From: Meyerozyma guilliermondii
Taxonomy: Eukaryota
Reading direction: 5' to 3'
DNA length: 64,000 nucleotides
Assembly (NCBI GenBank): GCA_051546255.1
Contig: CP128815.1
Location: 1,426,001 to 1,490,000 of the forward strand
The stretch's first letter is position 1. Every line of letters starts with the position of its first letter. Under the pieces are notes generated by a model. The model did not search any database, had not been told where the DNA came from, and saw nothing but the letters and a program-made list of their open reading frames with translations. Both the position numbers and the translations under genes were made by a program. Below are positions 44,862-55,033 of the stretch, piece after piece.

Positions 44862-45254
44862 ATGGTTTCAGCGCCTGAACTAAAAAAAGTAAGTACGAAC
44901 GCTGGCGGATCGAAATTTATACTAACGACAGTACTTGGATCGAAAAATATCGGTGCATTTGAACGGATCTCGAAACGTAGTGGGAACTTTACGAGGATAT
45001 GATGTAAGTAACCAGATTGCAATCACTATAAAAACGTACTAACTTTAGGTTTTTTTGAACATTACGCTAGCAGACGCATTGGACGGTGAAACAGAGATAG
45101 GGACAGTGGTAAGTATCTTCTCAAAGGGCTTTTTGTATCGTGATACTAACGACAGGTTATACGAGGCAATTCGATCGTTTCTTTGGAGGTAAGTATTTTA
45201 TTCAGAGGTTTTTACGCACAAGAGCAACTAACACAGGCATTAGAACGAATTTAG
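44862..45254 (+). CDS. SMX2: Sm core protein G, 5 exons (44862-44888, 44932-45003, 45049-45108, 45156-45188, 45237-45254)
   Basis: Spliced product MVSAPELKKYLDRKISVHLNGSRNVVGTLRGYDVFLNITLADALDGETEIGTVVIRGNSIVSLEALERI; four GTAAGT...CTAAC..YAG introns; adjacent to GNA1 as in S. cerevisiae. Confidence 0.95.
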
Positions 45255-45306
45255 TAAGGAGGTAATCTATCATTTGAGTTTTGGCGCTTGTAGAATTTAC
45301 GTTTAT

Positions 45307-45783
45307 CTATTGCTTAAATCTTGTGCACATTTCCAGTCCAGCCTTGGAATAACCACATTTTTCATAGAACCCAACATTATGAGGTGAACAGTCCAAGATC
45401 ACCTTGTAGCATCCAATTGTCTTGGCTATATCGGTGAGCCTGGTAATCATGGCTCTGCCCAAGTTTTTCCCTTGTTCGGTGTTGGCAACTGCGATGTCTT
45501 CAATATGGCCCACTTTTCCACACAGATGGATGACTTTTTTCTCCACGAGAAGCATTCCCGTGGCCACCACCACTCCCTCAGCATTTGTGATGACGTGGGG
45601 TTTATAAATGTCAGGCAAACTCAGCCAATGGTTGTATACTTCGTCGAAGTTTTCAGCACTGATGTCCCCCACAGTGGTCAACACTTTGAGTGTCTCTATG
45701 TACAGATTTGAATAATCAGACTTCTCTACTGGACGGAAGTTGTATCCGTGAGGAAGCTCGGGAAGTTCGGAGGACTCTGTCAT
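45307..45783 (-). CDS. GNA1: Glucosamine-6-phosphate N-acetyltransferase
   Basis: LKVLTTVG, GHIEDIAV, QGKNLG, CYKVILDC, FYEKCG. Confidence 0.95.
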   Translation of the reverse strand: MTESSELPELPHGYNFRPVEKSDYSNLYIETLKVLTTVGDISAENFDEVYNHWLSLPDIYKPHVITNAEGVVVATGMLLVEKKVIHLCGKVGHIEDIAVANTEQGKNLGRAMITRLTDIAKTIGCYKVILDCSPHNVGFYEKCGYSKAGLEMCTRFKQ

Positions 45784-45902
45784 GGTTGATCACAATGTTC
45801 TTGTAGTTTCACTTCTATCTCCTGGCCCTCACGTGCGAATGTCGAAGTGAGAGAAGCCATTCTGCAGTAGCAGTAACCAATTGCTACCACCAACTTTTCA
45901 CT

Positions 45903-48506
45903 ATGAAACCATGGTCGTTTTTCTTGTGGTACTTGTGCAGTGTGGTGAGTGCCACCTTCATGGAGGACGCATTTGTGCGAGACTGGCTTAAACCACTCGT
46001 TGGATCGGTTGAAAAATTCGACATTTTATCGCCGCTGTCCATCGTCGCCTGGACAGATTTGTCCCAGTTGGTGAAACTAAACGTGGAGGAAAACAATACC
46101 CATGTTGACTGGCGTGTCGACTTGTCGCAGAAACCAATTGTCGACTATAAACTCTCACCTAACAACCAGTTTTTGGTGTCGTATGACTCCAATGGCGATG
46201 TTGATCTTTGGGAGACATCAACTGGCTCCCTTATCCAGCACCACAAGAACGCTGGTCTGGTCGAGAAGAACCCTGGCTTCTTATATGAAACTGGTATTAT
46301 TACGTTGAGCGGTGGAGATTTGGTCCTTCTTCTTAATAATGGAGATCGTAAATTGATCGCACCAGGCGTCAAAGACTTTCGGTTTTGCCAACAAACAGAT
46401 TTGGCTTACATTGTCACAAACCACGGCGATGTATTCACGGTATCTGCCGATGGGTCAACCATATCACCTTCGACTGTTGGGGGCCATGATATCAAGTATC
46501 TGGAAATTATCGATATGAAAGACGGTGTGATAGCTACCACCAGCGAGTTCATCAAATTAGAATCAGAGACTACCATTGCACACTCATTCCATGAAAAAGT
46601 TGGTTTGTTGTCCAACGGCTATTTCTACACCGCTATAGGTTCTAAGCTTGAGATCGTGAAAATTGGCAGTGATGTACCAGTATTCACTCACTCATTTGAG
46701 GAAGATATTAAAAATGTCGAGACCAAGGATTCAGTTGCTGCTTTTGTTGCAGTGTACACAGCTACTGATGTCCATATTGTTGTGCTCAATGACTTGCTAA
46801 TTACTGGCGTTTCTGATGCCGTCAACATCCAGACTCACTCATTGAATAAGGCGGTGAAATCTACAATTTCATGCAACGACCACATCTGGTTTGTTGAGGC
46901 TCACACCACTTCACCTACTGCCATTCGGTTGGCATCCTCATCTCAAGATTATACTGACGACAAAACTATAATACTTGACCATTATTCAGGAAGAAGCTTT
47001 CTTCTCGTTGACAAACCACAGAGCGAGGGCTCTAAGATCTTGTTTCATTCTGTTCTTAATGCCGGAGACCAATTTGTCTTGACCAGTTGGTTACTCAGAA
47101 TCAAGAGACACTTGTCTGAGTTGGGCGCTTACTTGTCGTCTTTTGCTACTCACTCTGTATCGCCAGCTACCTCTGAGACGTTTTCCAGAGAGAGCCAATT
47201 TGGATTGGGAAAACTCTTGGCTTTTTACGATACTCAAATAAACTCGGTGATTGCGTTGGAATCAGAATCTGGGAAAGTTTCATGGACTACAAGCCTTCAA
47301 CGAGGATTTGGCGACTTGATCACCGCAATTGATAGTAATGATGTGCTTTATTTTGTGTTTGAGAGCGGTGTGGTCAAATTTGATCTCAATGGTAAAATAT
47401 TGAAAGAAGAAACCTTGCCACTAGTTAGATCTGCCTTCAAAGTCAACGGGAACGTCTTTGTAAGGTTTGCCAATTCGAAGAATGTGAAAGTTTTGGAGCT
47501 GTCAAAGTACTCTTCTCAACCAATTAACTATCTTGTTGAGGCCGGTAAGCAGTCCATTACCGGCTTTGAGGTCAAGGATGAGCATTTGATGCAAACTTGG
47601 TCGCACATACCCAAGGGTCGCATAATTACCTCATTGTCAATGCCTTCGTACCATCAATCTGCTTCGGCTGGAATTGCAAGATCTGACAAGACAATCCTTT
47701 ACAAGTACTTGAACCGAAATCTTGTGGCCGTTTTGACGGAAGTAAAGAATCAGCTTGTTCTTGAGTTGCTTGACGGCATCACCGGCAGCCAAGTCTTTAT
47801 CCAAAAGCACGATGTAGCCAACATCGATTACACCACTATAAGTCTCACTATGGCTGACAACTGGATTGTTTACAGCTATTATGTTTCAGAGCCTTATTGG
47901 GAACAAAGAATCACCGTTGTGGATTTGTTCGATGAAAACCATTCTGCTGTTGCACAATCGGCTTTCAATTCCACTTCAGCTATACAAGCTTCCAGCAAGA
48001 CCTTTATCTACAGTGAAAGAATCGTCTCGCTAACTTCAACATACTCAAAGCATGGCATAACGTTGAAGTCGATAATTGCTCTCACTGCGAATGGAAGAGC
48101 TGTCGAATTACCCAAATTCATCTTGAACAGTAGACGGATAGATGACCGTGAAATAAAGCAAAATGATCTTTTAGACGATTTCAGAATGCTGGCATACGAC
48201 CCAGTCATTCCAAAAGTTGGCGCTCAAGTGCTCAATCATGTGGACAAGATTTTGGTCACCAGGGACACTAAGGTTCTTGTCAAAGACACAGAACTTGAGT
48301 CTACATCAGTGGTATGTGTTGCCAACGATTTCAACATATTTTGCAGCACCATACAGCCGTCTTTGTCCTACGACGTGTTGAGCTCCAAATTTGACAAATT
48401 CAAGTTGTTGGTAACCATGGCTATCTTACTAGTTGCGTACTTGATCACAAAGCCATTTGTCGCTTCCAAAAAGTTGAATTCGCAGTGGATCGAAGATGAT
48501 ATCTAA
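45903..48506 (+). CDS. EMC1: ER membrane complex subunit 1
   Basis: Signal peptide, beta-propeller, FGLGKL, LYKYLNRN, TELEST, PSLSYDVLS, C-terminal TM then KKLNSQW. Confidence 0.88.
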   Translation: MKPWSFFLWYLCSVVSATFMEDAFVRDWLKPLVGSVEKFDILSPLSIVAWTDLSQLVKLNVEENNTHVDWRVDLSQKPIVDYKLSPNNQFLVSYDSNGDVDLWETSTGSLIQHHKNAGLVEKNPGFLYETGIITLSGGDLVLLLNNGDRKLIAPGVKDFRFCQQTDLAYIVTNHGDVFTVSADGSTISPSTVGGHDIKYLEIIDMKDGVIATTSEFIKLESETTIAHSFHEKVGLLSNGYFYTAIGSKLEIVKIGSDVPVFTHSFEEDIKNVETKDSVAAFVAVYTATDVHIVVLNDLLITGVSDAVNIQTHSLNKAVKSTISCNDHIWFVEAHTTSPTAIRLASSSQDYTDDKTIILDHYSGRSFLLVDKPQSEGSKILFHSVLNAGDQFVLTSWLLRIKRHLSELGAYLSSFATHSVSPATSETFSRESQFGLGKLLAFYDTQINSVIALESESGKVSWTTSLQRGFGDLITAIDSNDVLYFVFESGVVKFDLNGKILKEETLPLVRSAFKVNGNVFVRFANSKNVKVLELSKYSSQPINYLVEAGKQSITGFEVKDEHLMQTWSHIPKGRIITSLSMPSYHQSASAGIARSDKTILYKYLNRNLVAVLTEVKNQLVLELLDGITGSQVFIQKHDVANIDYTTISLTMADNWIVYSYYVSEPYWEQRITVVDLFDENHSAVAQSAFNSTSAIQASSKTFIYSERIVSLTSTYSKHGITLKSIIALTANGRAVELPKFILNSRRIDDREIKQNDLLDDFRMLAYDPVIPKVGAQVLNHVDKILVTRDTKVLVKDTELESTSVVCVANDFNIFCSTIQPSLSYDVLSSKFDKFKLLVTMAILLVAYLITKPFVASKKLNSQWIEDDI

Positions 48507-48547
48507 ACGAACAAATATATGTAAATTAGGTATTTTGCATGCTTGTA

Positions 48548-50413
48548 TTAATGATTTACTTGAAAAATGGAACACGCGGTAAGCAAGTAATCCATCACCA
48601 GCTTATCCTTCTCGTTGTTCGCATCTTTGCCGTATTGGGACCAATTGATGCTATGTGGTTGATCATTGTGCTTGTAGTCGTAGATCGACCTTATCATCTC
48701 GTATCTCAACGATGCCACCATATAGTTGCTCATCTTGTCGATTATGAAAACTGACTTTCCACCGAGGGAAATACTGTTTTTGGTATTGAGAGCAGCTTCA
48801 TCATACATCTTGAGTATCCTCAAATGCTTGGCATTGAATGTGCCCCAGTCTGCATCGGTGAATTTAGACAAAAAGTCGAAGGAACGCATAAAGTTTTCTC
48901 TGACGAGACTATACTCGTTGATGCTGTCCAAATATGGAGAGTGGAAAATTCTCATCAAGATCAACGATACTAATTCAAGAACGAAATTATAGTGAATTGG
49001 TATCTGTGCAAAGTTTTCGACATCACCAAACGCAGTTTCATACAAGTCAAGTGATTTCTTGCAAGAGATCAAGGCCCGCTTGATAAATGACTTGTAGTTT
49101 CTGAGAGTCACATTTTTTGTGGAGAATGCGTAAACGTAAAGCTGTAAGCGCAGGTATTCAACGCTTAGGCGAGTCAAAGTATCACCTGCCAAGTCTGAAT
49201 GCTGGGTGAGTCGGTTCAAAATAACATCAAACATGTGAATGTTCTGGAGTTTAGTAGCATCGACTTGACCACCTTTGGCTTTACCGTGCATTGTTTCGTT
49301 CAATTTCAGTTGTATCAAAGAGAGACGAAGAAGCCAGTTGGTATACTTATCTTCAGGAAAGTTTCCCTCGAACAGACAATTAGCCTTGTTTATGACGTAG
49401 TCTGTTTCCGTTCCATTATAGTTAGAATTGGAGATTCCCAAACTGATTAACCAGTAGTTTGAGTTGATCGCAACGAATTTGTATATCCGTTCTCGAATTA
49501 GGTTGTTGAGGTGAGACTCTTCAGAAACGTTGACTTCGGTTTTGTGGCTGAACTCACTAATGAATTCCACCTTGTGAAGGCCGAGTTGCAAGGCTATCCG
49601 TTTCATTAAAGCGATAAATTTGACGGCGATATCGTCTTCGATTTTTTCAAAATCAGAAGAGGGTAAGGGCCAAGTTGTAAGAATGAGCAATGATGCAAGG
49701 GTATAGACATGACGTGGGGTATTATACCAGCACATTTCGACCACTCGGGCCTTGACGTGCTGGCTTAGGTGGTAGAAATTGCTGTATCTTGAAGAATGAC
49801 GGAATGAGGTGAGTAGAATACACCAGAACAAAAGGTCGTTTTCGTTGTACACAGTCATGATATCCTTCTTGAAAAATGATGCTGGAAATATGGGAAGAAA
49901 TTGAAGGAAGTTGTTCTCAAAGTCTGTGAAATGAAATTGAGCTTCGGTGAGGCTGATGCTAAATGGTTCACGAGAAGAGTCAGAAGACAATATGAAGTCA
50001 GAATCAGCAGAGAGTCCGCCAGCGGACAATATCGGACGACTGGAGGTTTCAGGGACGAGAACCTGTTGCATAGCCGCTACTGAGGGACCGTCGTTTTTGC
50101 GCTGAGATAAGGCTTGGATCAACTTTTGTTTGCGGTCAGTCATAGCACTCAAAGACTTCTTTATTTCGTTTACTTCCTCGCTGAGGCTCTCTACCATGTC
50201 ATTGCCGCGATCGGGCTTCTTGGTGATCACTTCAAGGGTGCAAAAAGCGTTCTTTTTGGCGCAATGGGAACAGGGTCCTGGATGGGTTAAAATGGCATCG
50301 CAACGAGTTTTATGTTGTCTGCATCGAGAGCAGGTCTTGAGGACTCGTCCTTGCGAATTATGGGACAAAGGCATGAGCCTAAGCTTTTTTCTGGGTGCTA
50401 GCATGATGGCCAT
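48548..50413 (-). CDS. Zn(II)2Cys6 transcription factor, Sef1/Sef2/Leu3-like
   Basis: CSRCRQHKTRC...PCSHC..C; LLFWCILLT, LLILTTWPLP, LQLGLH...EFSH. Confidence 0.82.
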   Translation of the reverse strand: MAIMLAPRKKLRLMPLSHNSQGRVLKTCSRCRQHKTRCDAILTHPGPCSHCAKKNAFCTLEVITKKPDRGNDMVESLSEEVNEIKKSLSAMTDRKQKLIQALSQRKNDGPSVAAMQQVLVPETSSRPILSAGGLSADSDFILSSDSSREPFSISLTEAQFHFTDFENNFLQFLPIFPASFFKKDIMTVYNENDLLFWCILLTSFRHSSRYSNFYHLSQHVKARVVEMCWYNTPRHVYTLASLLILTTWPLPSSDFEKIEDDIAVKFIALMKRIALQLGLHKVEFISEFSHKTEVNVSEESHLNNLIRERIYKFVAINSNYWLISLGISNSNYNGTETDYVINKANCLFEGNFPEDKYTNWLLRLSLIQLKLNETMHGKAKGGQVDATKLQNIHMFDVILNRLTQHSDLAGDTLTRLSVEYLRLQLYVYAFSTKNVTLRNYKSFIKRALISCKKSLDLYETAFGDVENFAQIPIHYNFVLELVSLILMRIFHSPYLDSINEYSLVRENFMRSFDFLSKFTDADWGTFNAKHLRILKMYDEAALNTKNSISLGGKSVFIIDKMSNYMVASLRYEMIRSIYDYKHNDQPHSINWSQYGKDANNEKDKLVMDYLLTACSIFQVNH

Positions 50414-50806
50414 GATTAAGATTTAGCAGATTTTCAAAGTAGGTTCTTGAAGGATTTAGAGGTTGTTAGGAGGCTCCGAATTGATTTTGTTGGTGTTTGG
50501 TCACGCTGCACACAGTCACACACGTAAAATCAACAAGTTTCAAAAATGGTGGTTCAACCTTAAAACACCTCCCCACTCTTATCGGACCCGATTGTAGTAA
50601 GCTTAATAATTTTCGCGCGCTTATTGGCCACACACAAGCCGACCATCGGACCACGCTACGGAGTGCGGGCGCGAATGGTGCGCGGACGATAGGTCAAGCG
50701 AAGTGTCGGTGCGAACCACGTTGTGCACAGGATCCGCAAATTGAAGTGAATCAAATCATCGCGAGCGATTATACATGCATTTATTGGCTGCAAAATAACT
50801 TTGACG

Positions 50807-51265
50807 ATGAGCGGAAATCAAACCGTAAGCACCTCTGCTCTACACTTTCTCAATCTATCGCATGCTACAGCCTCATCTCCTTTGAACCGACGATACACCT
50901 ATCTTTTTCTGAACCATGTTGCAGACCATGAGATTGTGCTTCCCAATGAATTCGAAAGCCAGCGCTTTTGCTTGAAATGTGGTCTTAAATACATCCCTGG
51001 AGTCAATGTCAAGATACGAGTAGATTACAAGCGAAAAGACGGAGTATCTGCGAACAAACTAGTGTATACCTGTTCAGGCTGTAATCTGAGACATCGCTTT
51101 GATTTGGAAGTGCCCACCAAGGTGACTAAAGAACCAGCGGAACCAGTCAAATCCAAGTCTCGACAGCGGGCAAAGAAAAGAAAGACAACTTTGTCGACTA
51201 TGTTGGCCCAAAAGAAACTGGAGACAAATAAACCATCGCTCGATTTAATGAAGTTTATGAAGTAA
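50807..51265 (+). CDS. SNM1: Rpr2/Snm1-family RNase MRP/P subunit
   Basis: CxxC..IPGVN and CxxC zinc pairs, Lys-rich tail ending LDLMKFMK; near PEX29 and SNF1 as in S. cerevisiae. Confidence 0.7.
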   Translation: MSGNQTVSTSALHFLNLSHATASSPLNRRYTYLFLNHVADHEIVLPNEFESQRFCLKCGLKYIPGVNVKIRVDYKRKDGVSANKLVYTCSGCNLRHRFDLEVPTKVTKEPAEPVKSKSRQRAKKRKTTLSTMLAQKKLETNKPSLDLMKFMK

Positions 51266-51351
51266 GGAGGACGAAAGACAAACTATCAAGGTGACAAAAA
51301 TTCACCAGACTGAGGCCCATAGCCATAATAATGCATTCGTATCTCATATAC

Positions 51352-52914
51352 TTATCTCCTTGTCTCCCGTCTACACATTCTCACCCACCGCCGTCTTCGA
51401 TACATACTGTTCAGGTCTATGGGTGCATCATAAACCCATTTTTCGTCAGTATCGACGCTAACAACATCGTCAATCATACGATTGCTTACCCACTCCGTGG
51501 GATGCAAATCGACCACCCATTTCGAGTCGAATTTCCAGCCAAGTGGGGGGTCGATTTCATCGAGATTGGAGCAATTGTTAATGTGGGACATTACCGCTAC
51601 CTCGCCATCACTATCGCTGTCCAAATCTTCGTTTTCGCTTTCGTCGTCGTCGTTATTTTTATCTTCGAATTCATTAAAACCTTCCACCAATGTGCTCAAC
51701 AAGTGACTAGTAGTTCTACGAGTCGGATTGTTGATGGTAAATACCTCGTTCGTAAACCCCACGGGTTCCCATATACTGGTTTTGGCCAGTAATTTTTGCA
51801 ATTCAAAAATCTCTGCCTCTTTCGTTTCTTGTGTGGGAGTTTCCTTGTGGAAAAGCACTCGAATCAAATAGGTCTCTATTCGATTGTTGTTGCTCACCAC
51901 TGCTATTCTGGTTCGCTCGTCAAATATGAGATTTAAAAGATAATTCTTCACCACCGGGTGAAATGCCAAGGTTGAGAGCCAGACAAAGACGATCAAAAAG
52001 AACTTTATTGGAAGGTATTTCCACACAAGACATATCACTTTGGGCAAAACAACCGCATTGTAAAAAGAAAAACTCAACAAAAGAATGAATACTAGACTGC
52101 TGACAGCTTCATCCTTGAAGTAAAGGTAGTCTTTTGTGAGCCATACGATGAAATCGTATACAGCAACAAAATCAAGTTGATGGTTTTGTAAGTCTGTCAA
52201 GTTGAGTAAGAATTCTTGAGAAAATTGCGGCACCGGTTTGGGTATGGAATACGAGCGCAATGGCTCCCCATCAGCAGGAATGGGGCTCCTTCCGAGAAGC
52301 TCCTTGAGTGAGTTATCTGGCGGATGACGAATCAAGTAGTGAGGTATAAGCACATTCGTGATTAAATACAAGCATGGGAATGCCAAAAGTAGTTCTGGCC
52401 TAAGCACAGCGTGAGTGATGACAAGTAAGATTGCTAATGTGTAGCTTGGTTCTCTCCAGCTGAAGTAGATGGTGATAGCATCGATGCATTGAAATGTGTA
52501 GGAAAGACGCAGCGCCAAGAGGGTGGAATTAGTTGACATTGAATTGATGGAGAGCGATGGTCGAGTACTTTGAACTGCTAATCGTTGCGATATTATTTCC
52601 GATGATTCAACATTCATGGGTATCATCATTTGGATGACCTTCTCCATCAATTTGTCAGATAAAAGAGAATTGTTGGCAGCACTCGTTCCAGCCGACTTCA
52701 GCGTCTCTGTACCTTCGTGGGAGCCCTCGACTTCATCTGAATGGTGAGATTCGGGTTCGCTCTTGGCATAATAGTAGTTCCAGAACGACTGGAAATCCGT
52801 ATTGGGTTTCTTTTGCGAGCCATCAGGTTCATTTTCTGTCTTTTCCATACTCTTGGATTGCGGGTGAGTGTCGCCAGAAAACACAGACTCACATAAGTGA
52901 GCAACCAGATCCAT
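51352..52914 (-). CDS. PEX29: Pex24/28/29-family peroxin
   Basis: EFLLNLTDLQN, EAEIFELQ, DysF-like PPLGWKF..W.VDL and RRRRWVRMCRRE; ATG at 52914. Confidence 0.72.
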   Translation of the reverse strand: MDLVAHLCESVFSGDTHPQSKSMEKTENEPDGSQKKPNTDFQSFWNYYYAKSEPESHHSDEVEGSHEGTETLKSAGTSAANNSLLSDKLMEKVIQMMIPMNVESSEIISQRLAVQSTRPSLSINSMSTNSTLLALRLSYTFQCIDAITIYFSWREPSYTLAILLVITHAVLRPELLLAFPCLYLITNVLIPHYLIRHPPDNSLKELLGRSPIPADGEPLRSYSIPKPVPQFSQEFLLNLTDLQNHQLDFVAVYDFIVWLTKDYLYFKDEAVSSLVFILLLSFSFYNAVVLPKVICLVWKYLPIKFFLIVFVWLSTLAFHPVVKNYLLNLIFDERTRIAVVSNNNRIETYLIRVLFHKETPTQETKEAEIFELQKLLAKTSIWEPVGFTNEVFTINNPTRRTTSHLLSTLVEGFNEFEDKNNDDDESENEDLDSDSDGEVAVMSHINNCSNLDEIDPPLGWKFDSKWVVDLHPTEWVSNRMIDDVVSVDTDEKWVYDAPIDLNSMYRRRRWVRMCRRETRR

Positions 52915-53021
52915 TTGCAATGACAAGAGTTGCTGCTGTAAACGTGAGACACAATTTTGACCTGCACATGGGTTATCTCCTGCATACGGCGCGGCCTACA
53001 AGTGATGGTGGGTCGATTCGA

Positions 53022-54407
53022 TTAGTACATATCTACCTCCTGGAACAGTCGCTTCGAGTTCCTTTCTATGTTGATACACACCAGCAGAAGCGGCTCGCAG
53101 TCGCGTTCTTCTTTTTTAATTTTGAGCGCATTGAAGTTTTCAGCGTCGGCTTCTGAAAAACTCGAAAGTGGTGTAGGCAACTCAAAGTTGAGTTTGGGTT
53201 TGCTGGATACTAGCTTCTCAGACAGACTCTTGCGCTTCAAAGCTGGTCCCTTTTTGTGGGGAGTCGTAGGTGGTGTCAAACCGACCAGCAAGGAACCGAC
53301 GAATTCCTTTGGTAAGTTCTCGTTGTTGATCTCTTTCTTTACTTCTTTTGAAGCTTCTTTTTCCTCACTGTCAGATTCCTTCTTCACTCTCTTAACCCTC
53401 TTGTTTTTGAGTCTCTTGGAGTCTAGCTGTTCTTGAGTGAGGAACAAATCAGGAATCTCATACTTCAATTGCGCAACAAAATCATCACAGTCGCAAAGAA
53501 CTTCATAGTCTATAATGTTCTCCCATGTAGTTTTTGCTAGCGGTGTTTTGTTCACAAACACCACCTTTCCTCCTTTATCATGGACAGCGCTAGCCAATGT
53601 TTTGACGAGCTTTTTGACACCATCGACTCGCAATGATGTACCCATGATTATAAGCATATCTGGCTTCGCTCTGACATCACAATTAAGTCCCTGTGCTAGT
53701 ATTTCCGCCTGCGGATGGTTCTCACCGTAAAGCACAATCGCTGGACGGAGAAGGCCGATATTTCCCGTCAATCTTTTGCCCAGATAAAGTCGCTCTTGAT
53801 ACTTCATGAAACAATTTTGGCACTCAGGATTTTCGCCCTGGGAAAGCTGGAGTTTGTGCTTCGGCGTCCACTGGGTAGTATGGAAGCAGTGGGTGCAAGA
53901 AAGGTGGTGTAGATCGCCATGAAGCTGGACCACATCGAGCGATTTCCATGATTGAAGAAACGTTTTTCCCGACTCAAATTGGTCGGAACGGACTCCTGTT
54001 TTGAGCTCGATATTTCTTTCCAATCCGTCAATGTTCTGAGTGTAACAACGCAACAATTTCTTTTTCTCTTTAAGAATTTTGATGAATTTATGTGTCTCGG
54101 TGGGAGTAGCCCTAAGTGTAGACAGGTATAACGATTCCATAAATGTACAGAAAACCGCCAAGGAAATCTTACTTCGAAACAAAGAGATGTCGAATAGATC
54201 CTGACCCTTAACTACCGCCGTGGGGTGTTTTTCTTTGACTAAATTGTACAATCCTTCTGAAGAACGAAAATCGGGAATCCCCGCATTGCATGAAATACCG
54301 GCTCCAGTGATCACGGCTGATTTGCGGGCCTTAAATATGATCTTGGCTAGCTCAGCGAACTTGATATGGGTCAGCGGATCGTTCTCCGCTAGATCTATGG
54401 TCTTCAT
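53022..54407 (-). CDS. HST3: Sirtuin H3K56 deacetylase
   Basis: TGAGISCNAGIPDFRS, KGQDLFD, CYTQNIDGLE, VVQLHG, IVLYGENHP, GTSLRVDGVKKLVK; ATG at 54407. Confidence 0.9.
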   Translation of the reverse strand: MKTIDLAENDPLTHIKFAELAKIIFKARKSAVITGAGISCNAGIPDFRSSEGLYNLVKEKHPTAVVKGQDLFDISLFRSKISLAVFCTFMESLYLSTLRATPTETHKFIKILKEKKKLLRCYTQNIDGLERNIELKTGVRSDQFESGKTFLQSWKSLDVVQLHGDLHHLSCTHCFHTTQWTPKHKLQLSQGENPECQNCFMKYQERLYLGKRLTGNIGLLRPAIVLYGENHPQAEILAQGLNCDVRAKPDMLIIMGTSLRVDGVKKLVKTLASAVHDKGGKVVFVNKTPLAKTTWENIIDYEVLCDCDDFVAQLKYEIPDLFLTQEQLDSKRLKNKRVKRVKKESDSEEKEASKEVKKEINNENLPKEFVGSLLVGLTPPTTPHKKGPALKRKSLSEKLVSSKPKLNFELPTPLSSFSEADAENFNALKIKKEERDCEPLLLVCINIERNSKRLFQEVDMY

Positions 54408-54655
54408 GGTATATGGAACCAACGATGAAGTTCGCAAAGATTGAGACTATTATATGCCTGCTTTTGGCTATTATGGGTGCAAGGATATCGCAAGTAGGGT
54501 GCGTGACTCTGAGATCTCACCAGTAAAGTTTCTGGTATGCTTTAATTGTGAATCTTCGAAACGTCGTCCGTATATAGAAGGAATCGCTGCCAAAAAAAAA
54601 AACTGTTTGCGAAAGGGCGCCAATCTGAAGACACGATTTCTATGTAGCTAGGGCC

Positions 54656-54681
54656 TGTTTACACATGCCTCAAATAGGAAA
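54656..54681 (-). promoter_or_regulatory. Mcm1-Fkh2 composite element upstream of HST3
   Basis: Minus strand TTTCCTATTTGAGGCATGTGTAAACA. Confidence 0.55.
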
Positions 54682-54830
54682 AATGATTTTTTTTGTCAAA
54701 GGTGACGTAATCGAAAAGGGCTTTAAACATGGGCAGGATACTGCGCAAGCTGGTGTCAGGTTGTTATTATCCTCTAATGTTGTGGCCTGTCAGAATCGTA
54801 TTCGCTCCGCGTCTCAAATTCACAGTTAAT

Positions 54831-54920
54831 GGGCGTGTGGTCTAGTGGTATGATTCTCGCTTTGGGTATTTCTACGAAAGAACTTGTGAGAGGCCCTGGG
54901 TTCAATTCCCAGCTCGCCCC
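54831..54920 (+). tRNA. tRNA-Pro(TGG) with an 18-nt intron (54867-54884)
   Basis: GGGCGTGTGGTCTAGTGGTATGATTCTCGCTTTGGG|intron|TGTGAGAGGCCCTGGGTTCAATTCCCAGCTCGCCCC, followed by a T7 terminator. Confidence 0.94.
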
Positions 54921-55033
54921 ATTTTTTTGCACCTTTTCTCTGCTGCTTGGATCTTTACTTCATCTTTGCTTCTCGGGTTCTATGCCTATTTGCTACTAGC
55001 AATTACTACTACCGATAGTCTAGTCTCGTCTTA

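Noticed and set aside
44787..45002. 71-aa ORF in the track
   Set aside because: Artefact of reading SMX2 exon 1 into intron 1
54856..54890. G-U pair in the tRNA-Pro anticodon stem (CTCGC/GTGAG)
   Set aside because: The wobble pair is tolerated; A/B boxes, acceptor stem and terminator are intact, so it is not a pseudogene
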